DNA of 64,000 nucleotides from a virus. The position numbers were made by a program, and so were the translations under genes. Positions 36,931 through 45,802 of this stretch are shown one piece after another (positions within the stretch are counted from its first letter, which is position 1; each line of letters opens with the position of its first letter). Below the pieces are notes generated by a model that was not told the DNA's origin, searched no databases, and saw only the letters and a list, made by a program, of their open reading frames with translations. The DNA lies in IMG/VR virus record IMGVR_UViG_3300023202_000205, positions 115,365-179,364 of that record, one strand, 5' to 3'.

Positions 36931-37520
36931 TTACTGAACTGCTGGACTAGGAGCCCGGCAGCTATATTGGCTATGTGGATAGACATACGTGTCGTACAAG
37001 TTGCTTGGAAAGCCTCTTCACGATCGAACAACGTGGACTCGTAGTAATCCCTAGAATCAGGGTCGCTGACAGAGAGGACGTGAACCGTATCTCCTGCTAC
37101 CCGACTATCCAGGAATAGATTGTAGGTGCTTGTCCGGAAGAGCTGACCGCGAGTGTTGATGTTGTCGACACAGCAGAAGACGATAGGGTGCTCGTAACTC
37201 TCCGTAGGGAACCTCCTGTGCAGGCCCTTAGCTGTCGTAGCTCCATCGGAGGCAGGAAATAACTGCTGTCGTTCGATGTCCCCGAGAAGAGCTTCTACCT
37301 TAGGCACACCTATATCATCGCGCCGCCAACCTTGAGGCCCTATATTCGATTCCTCTACCGTATCATGGTCGTAAAAGGCCAGATTACGAGCCCCTGCGGA
37401 ACAAAGCTGAAGCACAACCTGCCTCCCTACGGCGCCTACCCCGGCTACTGCTATCGGCAGGTTCCACAGTATATCAGGCGGGAGCAACCCCGCCTGTCTC
37501 TGGTATTGTACAGTGCTCAT
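36858..37520 (-). CDS. E1-like/ThiF adenylating enzyme (module A)
   Basis: RQ.., AGVGAVG, DHDTVEESN..PQ, CVDN...R, DSR, single Cys in ATCTTR. Confidence 0.88.
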   Translation of the reverse strand: MSTVQYQRQAGLLPPDILWNLPIAVAGVGAVGRQVVLQLCSAGARNLAFYDHDTVEESNIGPQGWRRDDIGVPKVEALLGDIERQQLFPASDGATTAKGLHRRFPTESYEHPIVFCCVDNINTRGQLFRTSTYNLFLDSRVAGDTVHVLSVSDPDSRDYYESTLFDREEAFQATCTTRMSIHIANIAAGLLVQQFSKWLRELPTDRHTVFNLLAMESYSK

Positions 37521-37525
37521 TTATT

Positions 37526-39418
37526 TTACTCACCTTTCAGGTATTCGCTGGCCGTGTAAGGCTCGTCAGTTGGATTTACGTCGATGCCGAACATCTCCAG
37601 CCGGTCGACTGCAGATAGGTCATACCCCGATGATCGTACGTAATTGACTACGTAGTCGAACACGGATGCTTTGTCCTTTTCGGCTGACTTCTTTCTGAGA
37701 TCAGCGATGCCCTTTTCTATATCTTCCACCGTGTCCCCGTTCTGCAGGCATTGGTGGACTACTTGAGCGACATCGATCCATGCATCACTGATATCGGTAA
37801 AGTCGTTGATGTCATCACCCACAATTGTTTTTGGGCCTAGGATCTCATCCTCCTCGTCGTCACCAATATAGAACCCTACCGGGTTACGATCATCCTCCTC
37901 CTTCTCATCTTTACCCATGGGTGCTAGTTCGGACATAGCCGTTTCTAACTCTGTTAGGCCGGCCGCCACCGATTCCAGAACGCTTATCTCATCGATACTA
38001 AGGTAGATCACCATATTGTCATAACAGACCCAATGGTGGAGAGTTTGTATAGGGGTATCGAAACAGTCAAAAATTGTACCAGCAACGGCCGGATCTCGAC
38101 TAGATACGTAAGGAAACAATTTGTCTTCTACCTCTGAAAGAATTTCCCTATACTCGGTATCGTGTACCACAGGCTTGTCCAAGCTGAATAGCTCGTCGCT
38201 GGTGAGCACCATCGTCTTTTTATTTTTACCAACACCGGTCTCGTATTTGAAAGATACAACCTGATCTTTCCCTACAGCAGCGACGACCATATCGCACTTT
38301 TCCAACTGATCTGCCAGTTCTTGAGAAACATCTCTAAGGGTCAGAGATTCCTGAGAAGTGTTCGCTAATTCCACGAACATGTCCTCGTCCATCATCCAGA
38401 AGACGGAGTCTCTTCGAAGCGAGAATTCGGTGTCATCCGGCGGCCTCGGAAGAGTAGGCGTGCTGTAAGGGCCACGGCTATGATCATAGGGATCAAAGCC
38501 ATTAAGATAAGACAGATAGGAATCATCATCGTCCCACATACCATACGGATCCACAATGGTGGTCTGGGGGCTGGTTTTGGAAACACCTCGACCGCCTCCA
38601 CTGGGGATCCCTTGGTGGTAGACACCATAACTGTTGGGAAAATACGTGTACGTCTCTTCGACATTGTTGGCTACCTCCTCCAGCCATTCCTTGCGCACCT
38701 TCTCATCTACGGCTGGCTCGTCAAAGCTGATGACCGTCTCCGCTTCGATCGATATCACGCGCTCCGAACCACCTGGGTCCCTAAACCGATAGTCACAGTG
38801 GTACCTGCCATCAGAGCTGAGGATGAACATGACACCCCAAGAAGCGCTACCGAAATTATCCTTACCATAGAATGTATCCAGATCTTTCTGACTGGGAGAG
38901 GGATCGAAGCCAGGGTGGGTATGGATCCAAATACGCATGAACTGGTCGACCTTGAGGCGGTACTCACCTTCAGGGTCGGCCATGTCGGCTACTAGCTCCG
39001 ACAAGGAGCCAGGGAGGATCTTCGTGTGAACACTGCTTACCTCCTGCGGGGGCACTAGAATGTCCACAACCAACATATAGTCGTCAGGATCGGTAACTGC
39101 GAGACCGCCGATCTCCGTGTTAACGCAATCCCGCATGAAGTGAAGCTTAGCCCACGCAAAAGGCGTAAAACGCAGCTTCAAACGAATACTGTCGCTGACA
39201 CAGATGGGGGATGGGGTCACGGGCTGGATGGCCCTTTTCTGAGTAACTCCTTTCTGCGCGTCAGTGGTTGTCTGGGGAACACTCGGTAACCGTGACTTCG
39301 TCACTGTCTTCGTGCCCTTCTTCGCAGTGCTCTTCTTCGTAGGCCCGGAGGTCTTGTGCTGCTCTTTCGTCTCCTGCTTGAGCGCGGCGCCGCCATTGTC
39401 GCACGATTTCCTGGTCAT
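37526..39418 (-). CDS. JAB/MPN metallopeptidase (deubiquitinase-like) with long acidic extension (module A)
   Basis: EIGG glutamate, WIHTHPGFDPSPSQKD; GGAGG RBS. Confidence 0.85.
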   Translation of the reverse strand: MTRKSCDNGGAALKQETKEQHKTSGPTKKSTAKKGTKTVTKSRLPSVPQTTTDAQKGVTQKRAIQPVTPSPICVSDSIRLKLRFTPFAWAKLHFMRDCVNTEIGGLAVTDPDDYMLVVDILVPPQEVSSVHTKILPGSLSELVADMADPEGEYRLKVDQFMRIWIHTHPGFDPSPSQKDLDTFYGKDNFGSASWGVMFILSSDGRYHCDYRFRDPGGSERVISIEAETVISFDEPAVDEKVRKEWLEEVANNVEETYTYFPNSYGVYHQGIPSGGGRGVSKTSPQTTIVDPYGMWDDDDSYLSYLNGFDPYDHSRGPYSTPTLPRPPDDTEFSLRRDSVFWMMDEDMFVELANTSQESLTLRDVSQELADQLEKCDMVVAAVGKDQVVSFKYETGVGKNKKTMVLTSDELFSLDKPVVHDTEYREILSEVEDKLFPYVSSRDPAVAGTIFDCFDTPIQTLHHWVCYDNMVIYLSIDEISVLESVAAGLTELETAMSELAPMGKDEKEEDDRNPVGFYIGDDEEDEILGPKTIVGDDINDFTDISDAWIDVAQVVHQCLQNGDTVEDIEKGIADLRKKSAEKDKASVFDYVVNYVRSSGYDLSAVDRLEMFGIDVNPTDEPYTASEYLKGE

Positions 39419-41261
39419 GAATTTCCTCCTCTACGCCAGTGGCGAGGGTGATTTCTAAATCGCCGGCGAGTGAATTCCACCAGCGCAATTTGTCTCGTAA
39501 CAGCGCGAGCGAATAAGCTTGCGTCTGACGCTCCAGGTTTCTGGTAACGGTTTTCACTACTTCAAACGCAGTTTCTGTTGTAAAGCCCCCGTCAAAGAAC
39601 GATAGAAGGCGTATGAAGTCGCTATCGAATGCGGGCATATAGTGGGCCTTTAGCTCGTGTAGCCAGAACTCCATGTACGCGATGTCGGACCGAAAAACAG
39701 ACCCAAAACCAAGTCCCTCTGGGTCGCACTCAGGGCAGATAAAAGTGTTCGTGTATCGGCAAAGGGAGCGATTATCTATCCTGACTTCAGCACCACAGGT
39801 GCACTCTTCCTTGTAAAGTATATCGGGCGTTATTCGTAACGGAGATCTCGTCATGTTACGAGGATCACATACGTCTGGACGGCGCCGTATGTGTCTTTGA
39901 AGACGCTCATCCTCCCCTATACCAACAGTAGTTGTACCGTCTTCTTCGTCCCTGCAACATGCTTGACACCCGTAGTCACGGTACCCAAGCACAACCTTGT
40001 TCTCGTCGATCGCTTCGCCTCTGTACTGCCTCGTGCAGACAGGGCATTGGTAGACACCCTCCTCTGCAGCTGCTATCTCAGCGCGGAAACGTGGTGTACA
40101 CTCCGCACAGGCTACTGCTGTTAGAGAAGACCCATTACGCTCTGGAACAGGAATATCATACCATCGAGGGGGGTAGACTTGTCCACAACATACATTACAT
40201 ACCGGAAGCGAGGCAGGGTGGTAGTACTCTTGGTCAACCGAGTTAAAAACAGCACATCGCTGGTGAAGTACTCCAAAGGCGGTATGCACCGCGTCGCCTT
40301 CTATTTGTTCCTGACATACCTCACAGGTGTTATCGGGCCTTCCGACGCCTCCCCCATACCAGTTACAGATAGATACAAAAGGACCGTCAGGGTTGTAAGT
40401 AGCCAGCACCCTTTCTGTAAGAAATATCGCATCCGATATGAGACCATTTTTAAGAGCGTTTTTAACACCTTCGAAAGCATTTCCGAAGCATACATTACCT
40501 GAGTTCACATGTGGGTGTATAACATGAGAGTCGTCGTACGACCTGTTAGGTGGCCCCACAGAAGTTACCTTGATGCAATCAGGGTAGGAGTCTTCTTCAC
40601 GTTGGCTATCTGAGACTAGTCTTCTGAGCTTCTCCAGTAGTATATGTATGTAAAACCCATCAAAAGATACCTCTACCCCATCTTCTGAGAAGGTAACTGG
40701 GGGTGTGCGTACGACTATTCGCTTCTGTTCGATGCAAGCGAATTCATGTGCCGCCCCTTCTTCACACTCTAGCCGCTCGTCCCCCATAGCGAAGGCAATA
40801 CGTCCCCGAAGAGTGCTATTAAGCAGCAGTCGTATTTCCCTTTGACAAAAATCATCTGTAAGAAAGCAGTCACGGCGAGACATGGTTTCCGCGTAACGCA
40901 GTGCCTCCTGCTCTACATCCTCCTGAGAGGCCACGAGTCTGAGCTCTTCCAGAGCCTCTGTAGCTTCTTGTAAAGTTGTCCTCAGCGCCCCTATTTTGCG
41001 CAAAGTAGCGTCATGCTGAGCAGTAGGCCATATTTTATCGGCGCCGTCACTATCAAAGAAACTGCACAAGGTAAGAGCATGCAGTTGGGTCAGTCTTGTA
41101 CTACTACGTAGTATGACTGCCTTCTCCTTGAAATACTTAGTGACTTTTTGTCGAGACTGAGATTCTAAAATTTCCTCTAAGATTTTAGTAAATATGCCAA
41201 CCCGCTCTTCAGAGGGTGCTGGGAGACCCTCTATGTTCACTGTGTTTCCAACCTGCTCCAT
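39261..41261 (-). CDS. E2/UBC-like conjugating protein with multi-zinc-finger C-terminal half (module A)
   Basis: HPHVNSGNVCFG catalytic motif, YNPD.PF..I..W; then CEVC, CNVC, CAEC, CPVC, CQAC, CTCG, CPEC. Confidence 0.72.
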   Translation of the reverse strand: MEQVGNTVNIEGLPAPSEERVGIFTKILEEILESQSRQKVTKYFKEKAVILRSSTRLTQLHALTLCSFFDSDGADKIWPTAQHDATLRKIGALRTTLQEATEALEELRLVASQEDVEQEALRYAETMSRRDCFLTDDFCQREIRLLLNSTLRGRIAFAMGDERLECEEGAAHEFACIEQKRIVVRTPPVTFSEDGVEVSFDGFYIHILLEKLRRLVSDSQREEDSYPDCIKVTSVGPPNRSYDDSHVIHPHVNSGNVCFGNAFEGVKNALKNGLISDAIFLTERVLATYNPDGPFVSICNWYGGGVGRPDNTCEVCQEQIEGDAVHTAFGVLHQRCAVFNSVDQEYYHPASLPVCNVCCGQVYPPRWYDIPVPERNGSSLTAVACAECTPRFRAEIAAAEEGVYQCPVCTRQYRGEAIDENKVVLGYRDYGCQACCRDEEDGTTTVGIGEDERLQRHIRRRPDVCDPRNMTRSPLRITPDILYKEECTCGAEVRIDNRSLCRYTNTFICPECDPEGLGFGSVFRSDIAYMEFWLHELKAHYMPAFDSDFIRLLSFFDGGFTTETAFEVVKTVTRNLERQTQAYSLALLRDKLRWWNSLAGDLEITLATGVEEEIHDQEIVRQWRRRAQAGDERAAQDLRAYEEEHCEEGHEDSDEVTVTECSPDNH

Positions 41262-41299
41262 AAGTCCCCCACTAAGGGCTTGCGCCCCTGTGTTAGCGC

Positions 41300-41333
41300 A
41301 AAAAGAACCCCCGCCAGGCTATCCTGGCGAGGG
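41300..41333 (-). terminator. intrinsic terminator between Ubl-A and E2-A
   Basis: cgccagg-ctat-cctggcg stem with ccc/ggg extension and A5 tract (U5 on minus strand). Confidence 0.65.
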
Positions 41334-41369
41334 CTCCATCGTTACGGTATGTTACTCGAATCTATGCGG

Positions 41370-41639
41370 TCAGTTACCCTCCGGATTGGACGGGGTGACG
41401 GTGACCTTGTCATTGTCCTCCAGTTCGTCGTCCAGGTGGGCCGTGTGGCCGTTGCGGCGCACTTCCCGGCCGTGATCGCCGTCGACGACGTCTCCGACAC
41501 GGGACCCACGGGGGACTTGCCGGTAGCCGGCGTCACCGGTATCGGAGCGCACAACCAGCACGCGAACGGGACCGCCGCCCTGGTTGTCGATCTCCACGTC
41601 CTGTCCGGGGGTGACGCGGATGTTGGTCTGGTCGCTCAT
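41370..41639 (-). CDS. ubiquitin-like (ThiS/MoaD beta-grasp) protein, Ubl-A
   Basis: VP.GS.V.DV....EVRRNG...LDDELEDNDKVTV; ends PEGN. Confidence 0.72.
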   Translation of the reverse strand: MSDQTNIRVTPGQDVEIDNQGGGPVRVLVVRSDTGDAGYRQVPRGSRVGDVVDGDHGREVRRNGHTAHLDDELEDNDKVTVTPSNPEGN

Positions 41640-41642
41640 AGT

Positions 41643-44003
41643 CTATTCTCTCTGAATGGGATCTAGGGTAATTACGTGATCGAAAAATCCCACAAGGGAT
41701 TCTTCATGGTCGACCATAATGACTTGTCTACCAGTAGCTCCGGCTGCCTCCTTCAGCTTCAAAATCAGATTTTGAAGATGCACCACATTGTCCTTATCCA
41801 AGTGGTTGGAGGGCTCATCGAGTACGAGTAGGCCTACTTGTCGGGCAAACGTATCCGCCATGGCCGAGCGGAACGATGTCGAAGCTATTACCTTTTGTCC
41901 ACCAGAAAGTCGGGCAGCGGCGAAAGGTGGACTATCTTCCTTACTAGCAACAAAAGCGAGCTCTTCATCCAAGTGCATGGAGAAGTTCGCCTCCCATATC
42001 GACAAGTAGTGTGCTATTCGGCGGTTAAGAACGGCTGCGTATTCCCTCATCAATAACGAGGGGAGCCCGCTAACGTGGAGGACCTCGCGTGCCCTCTTGC
42101 AGATCTTGACCCATTCTGCGTCCACAGACTCGACTGCTAGCGTATCCGCCATACGCTTTTTCGTCGCAACATATTGTTCCTGTTGTACTTCGAACGAGGT
42201 GATCTCCCTATCGAGCTGCTGTCGCGATTGTGTTCGCGCAAACAAAGTCTCGACTTGTTTCTTCGCCTCCTTGATTTCTGCTTCGTTAGGCATCTCGGCT
42301 ACTGCCCCGAGTTCCTCACGCGCGTTCCTAGCTGACTGAAGCTGTTTCTCCAGCTTCTCTACAATGGCCACTTTGCCTTTGACAGTAGTGTCCTGCTCGG
42401 CCATCGCTATACTAGTACGCTCATAACTGGAGACGAGTTTCTGGAGACGTTCCACTTCCTCTTCGTTGAGTGGATTAGGAACTGATGTCTGGAGCTGCCC
42501 TTCCAGCATCTCTTTCCGGTTTTGAAGGCTCTCCAGGGAGCTGGTGTGGGACGTCAAGGCATCCCGCTGAGAACGAACCTCGTTTAGCCGATTCTGGACC
42601 TTTTCCTTGCTTCGCTGAACGGCCTCTATGGCATTTGAACGACTCTCATCAATTAAATGAGTGAATCGGTCGATTTCTGCCGTCAACCGCTGGCCCTCTT
42701 CTTTCCAGCGCTGATTGAGTGAGGCCTTCTGCTTCTCAAGCTGGTCTAGCTTCTCTTGCGATTCTTTCTGGAACCGCTCAGCCACCTCTTGTCCGCAGGT
42801 AGGACACTGGCCACTTTCAAAGATTGCCAGCTGCTCGGAAGTCTCCGAGATCTGACGCTCCAGGTCTCTGGCCTCTTGTTGGGCCTCCCTTTTAAAGGTC
42901 TGGAGCTGCTCGGAGAGCGTGTCCCGCTTTTCATGCAACTCCTTATCCTCTGGCAGAGAAGGCAGTTCCGACTTTCCTGTTAACTGGAGCTCTCGAGTAC
43001 GCAGCGTATCTGAGAGCTTCGAGATGGTTTCTTCCAGCTCGATAGAGTCACCTTCTGGACGCTCTCCCAGCTGGTCTAGTGACGCTTTAACCGTCGCCAG
43101 CTGGCTTCTCAGCTCCTCTGTGGCTTGAACGGCCCTCTTGTCGGCCTCGTGCTGGGCAAGGAGTGATCGTGCGTCCTCAGCAGCGGATTTGACGTCTCCA
43201 GCCATCTTACGCAGGGAATCCCTGCGCTCAGTCAGCTTGTCTAGCTCCTCCACTGCTTCGGTAAGCTCGGTGGCAACCTCCTCGATTCGTTCGTCAGCTT
43301 GTCTGATGGCAACGTTGTTCTGAGACTGCTTGTGCAGGCGGTTCAGCAGATCTTCGTAGGGCTGTAGTTCGGAAATCTCAGCCTCTACCTCGGTCAGTTG
43401 CTTGTTCAACTTAGCAAGGCGGTCCTCATTCTCCTCAATCGACTCCTGGATCATTTTGATCTGCTGATCTAAACCAGGAGTGACGCTGTAACGAGAGGCC
43501 TCGTTTCTGAGATGCTTTTCTGCCTCAGAAGCCTGCTGCAGTCCCACAGTCTCCTGAATCTCGCGGAGACGCTGGGTGTTGGTACTGAACAAGATTGAGT
43601 CGATCTTACCCTGCGGTACGAAAACATTGTTGAGCAAGGCGTCCACCGTGGTGGAGCAGAGCGACTCGATGAACTCAGTGATTTCGGTCTTGCGAGTTAA
43701 CGTCTCCCCCGGCGTGACCAGTTTCTGGCTATTCCGCTTTCCAAGCGTTCTCGTAATCGAGTAGGACGAGTCACCGTGCTCGAAATCAACGGTGACCGTC
43801 GCAGTGTCTGCTCCCCACATCACGTTATCCACTTTGGAACCTTCGGCAGCTATTTGGCCAGTAATACCGAAGCGGATCATATCGAGGACCGTAGATTTGC
43901 CTGAGCCATTCTTACCCAGGATGCCGCAGATGCCGGCACAGAACTCCCCTTCAAAACGCTCATGGCAGCCGAAGTTTTCAGCGAAAACGCGCGTGATCAG
44001 CAT
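41643..44003 (-). CDS. sbcC: SbcC/Rad50-like SMC ATPase
   Basis: GKNGSGKST, long coiled coil, CPTC zinc hook, LSGGQ, LDEP, VDH. Confidence 0.93.
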   Translation of the reverse strand: MLITRVFAENFGCHERFEGEFCAGICGILGKNGSGKSTVLDMIRFGITGQIAAEGSKVDNVMWGADTATVTVDFEHGDSSYSITRTLGKRNSQKLVTPGETLTRKTEITEFIESLCSTTVDALLNNVFVPQGKIDSILFSTNTQRLREIQETVGLQQASEAEKHLRNEASRYSVTPGLDQQIKMIQESIEENEDRLAKLNKQLTEVEAEISELQPYEDLLNRLHKQSQNNVAIRQADERIEEVATELTEAVEELDKLTERRDSLRKMAGDVKSAAEDARSLLAQHEADKRAVQATEELRSQLATVKASLDQLGERPEGDSIELEETISKLSDTLRTRELQLTGKSELPSLPEDKELHEKRDTLSEQLQTFKREAQQEARDLERQISETSEQLAIFESGQCPTCGQEVAERFQKESQEKLDQLEKQKASLNQRWKEEGQRLTAEIDRFTHLIDESRSNAIEAVQRSKEKVQNRLNEVRSQRDALTSHTSSLESLQNRKEMLEGQLQTSVPNPLNEEEVERLQKLVSSYERTSIAMAEQDTTVKGKVAIVEKLEKQLQSARNAREELGAVAEMPNEAEIKEAKKQVETLFARTQSRQQLDREITSFEVQQEQYVATKKRMADTLAVESVDAEWVKICKRAREVLHVSGLPSLLMREYAAVLNRRIAHYLSIWEANFSMHLDEELAFVASKEDSPPFAAARLSGGQKVIASTSFRSAMADTFARQVGLLVLDEPSNHLDKDNVVHLQNLILKLKEAAGATGRQVIMVDHEESLVGFFDHVITLDPIQRE

Positions 44004-44006
44004 GGG

Positions 44007-44267
44007 TTACCCGTTCCGGACGAAGAGGCTCCGGATCTTACGGGCCAGCCGGACGACGACGTTGCCCTTGATCTTACGGACGAGCAGGAGGGTCTGCCCA
44101 TCCTGAACGACCTCGCCGAGCTGCACTTCCCGCCCATCGATGCGGGCTTCCTGCCCAGTCGGGTCGAGGCCGGCGGTCCCAAGCACGTCGTTGACGGTGG
44201 AATTTTCGGGAACCATATATTCCTCGATTCTCCCAGGTATACGGCCAGCGCGAACGGTGATTGACAT
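44007..44267 (-). CDS. ubiquitin-like (beta-grasp) protein, Ubl-B, with C-terminal extension
   Basis: VPENSTVNDVL...G....EARIDG....VQDGQTLLLVRKIKGN plus 17-aa tail. Confidence 0.78.
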   Translation of the reverse strand: MSITVRAGRIPGRIEEYMVPENSTVNDVLGTAGLDPTGQEARIDGREVQLGEVVQDGQTLLLVRKIKGNVVVRLARKIRSLFVRNG

Positions 44268-44315
44268 AGTACTATTACTCCTGCCCTAATGGGCTATGGG
44301 TGGTGAACAAGTGAT

Positions 44316-45014
44316 TCAGACCAGGGAAGCTTCCCTGGTCATGGTTGTGGGTGGGTTGGCGTAGAAAATGTTCTCGGTCTCTGGCAGGTCCCCTCCGGCC
44401 CGAGACCACTCGAACCAGCGGATAAAGGACCAGACTGCGAAAGCAGTCACCAAGGCGGCCGTAGGGCCAACTGTGGTACGAGCTCCACACAGAGAGTCGC
44501 TGGCTTCCTCGTCCTCGCAAAGCGTACTCTCCCAGAGGCGTATCTGAGCCGGCATGGTTGGCTGTACTGCGTAGACCCTCCCCTCGTCTCGACCCATACG
44601 GGTCTCGATCATTAAGGAGATCCCTGGCTTGTACTTGATGGCGCCTTCCCAGATCTCCTTGCGGGAGGCCATGGTATCGGTCAACAAGAAAACAACGTCA
44701 CCAAGTAAGGTACGTCCATCAACTGCTTCGTCGTGAGTGGTAATTTCCAGGCCAGTATCGGTTTGGATGCGTTCCGACAAGGCATGTACTTTCTGTTTAC
44801 CAATGTCCTCGATACCAAAAATCTGATTGGCTACGTTGTGGTCCTCCACCTTATCGAAATCCCATGCGTGGAGATTCTGAACGCCCAGTTTGGCCAGTTC
44901 CATAGCGATGCGAGACCCAGTAGCCCCTACCCCGATAAGGTCAACACGTCGGTTCGCGAAATGGTCGGGGGAGAACACTAACAGGTGACGAAGAGGTTCA
45001 ACAAGATTGCCCAT
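44316..45014 (-). CDS. E1-like/ThiF adenylating enzyme (module B)
   Basis: LIGVGATG, DFDKVEDHNVANQ, TDTMASR, ETRMG, single Cys in SLCG. Confidence 0.88.
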   Translation of the reverse strand: MGNLVEPLRHLLVFSPDHFANRRVDLIGVGATGSRIAMELAKLGVQNLHAWDFDKVEDHNVANQIFGIEDIGKQKVHALSERIQTDTGLEITTHDEAVDGRTLLGDVVFLLTDTMASRKEIWEGAIKYKPGISLMIETRMGRDEGRVYAVQPTMPAQIRLWESTLCEDEEASDSLCGARTTVGPTAALVTAFAVWSFIRWFEWSRAGGDLPETENIFYANPPTTMTREASLV

Positions 45015-45019
45015 GTTGC

Positions 45020-45769
45020 CTATTTACTCCTTTTCTTATTGCCACCTCGGTTTTTCTTGGTGGTTGCGGGGACGATTGGCCCCCCTGAGCGTCGGCGATC
45101 CGTCTGTCGAGTAAAACGGGTGCCACCATACGAGTAGCCCCGATAAGAGCCTCCAGGAAGACCAGACTTGTAGGAAAGCTTCTTGACCTTGGAGGATACG
45201 ACATCCTCGACCGTCTTATCCAGGTCGTCCGCGGACTCCCACAAGATCTCAACAGGACAGCCACTGACAGTGATCCAGTTGTTACCACAACGATAGTATA
45301 CGGTGATATGGGCATCGCCTTTCTTATTTACGATACCACGAATCCATATCGAGTGATCATCGCCGTACTGTTGACAGAAGTCCTTCATCTGCTGGTCATC
45401 CTGTCCAGATGGCGAAACGCCCATACTGGCGTGGGAGTGGAACCAGGAGTTGAGACGGTTAACGCGGAACCGCTCATCTTTGGGGTCGGTGACCCCGTTC
45501 TTAGCGTCTTCCTCCATGACCTCTATCGCTGCCTGAGCCAGGCCCTCTGGGGTCAGCTCAGTGGTTGTAGCATGGCAGTCCTGGGCGGGTACGATGCATT
45601 CGGACAAAACGAAGTCGCCGGTCTCCATCTGATTGACGACCATGAGCCAGCCAACCTCCATTGCCACCTTTTCAACAAGTTTGTGCATATACCGAGCGGC
45701 GGACTCGGTAATGTAGATTGTGGGGGTACCGTGGAATAACGGTTTCACGTCAGGTTTTACTGAGAACAC
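45020..45769 (-). CDS. JAB/MPN metallopeptidase (module B)
   Basis: EVGW glutamate, WFHSHASMGVSPSGQD. Confidence 0.87.
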   Translation of the reverse strand: MFSVKPDVKPLFHGTPTIYITESAARYMHKLVEKVAMEVGWLMVVNQMETGDFVLSECIVPAQDCHATTTELTPEGLAQAAIEVMEEDAKNGVTDPKDERFRVNRLNSWFHSHASMGVSPSGQDDQQMKDFCQQYGDDHSIWIRGIVNKKGDAHITVYYRCGNNWITVSGCPVEILWESADDLDKTVEDVVSSKVKKLSYKSGLPGGSYRGYSYGGTRFTRQTDRRRSGGPIVPATTKKNRGGNKKRSK

Positions 45770-45802
45770 GCGTGTGTCCCTTTCTATGATTATTTCTGAA
45801 GA

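Noticed and set aside
32981-42244. One-mismatch operator copies at 32982 and 42231
   Set aside because: Deep inside primase and sbcC coding sequence; noted only as weak support.
36858-45014. ThiF genes as thiamine/molybdopterin biosynthesis genes
   Set aside because: No thiG/moaE partners; each is linked to E2 and JAB genes and lacks the CxxC zinc motifs of ThiF/MoeB.
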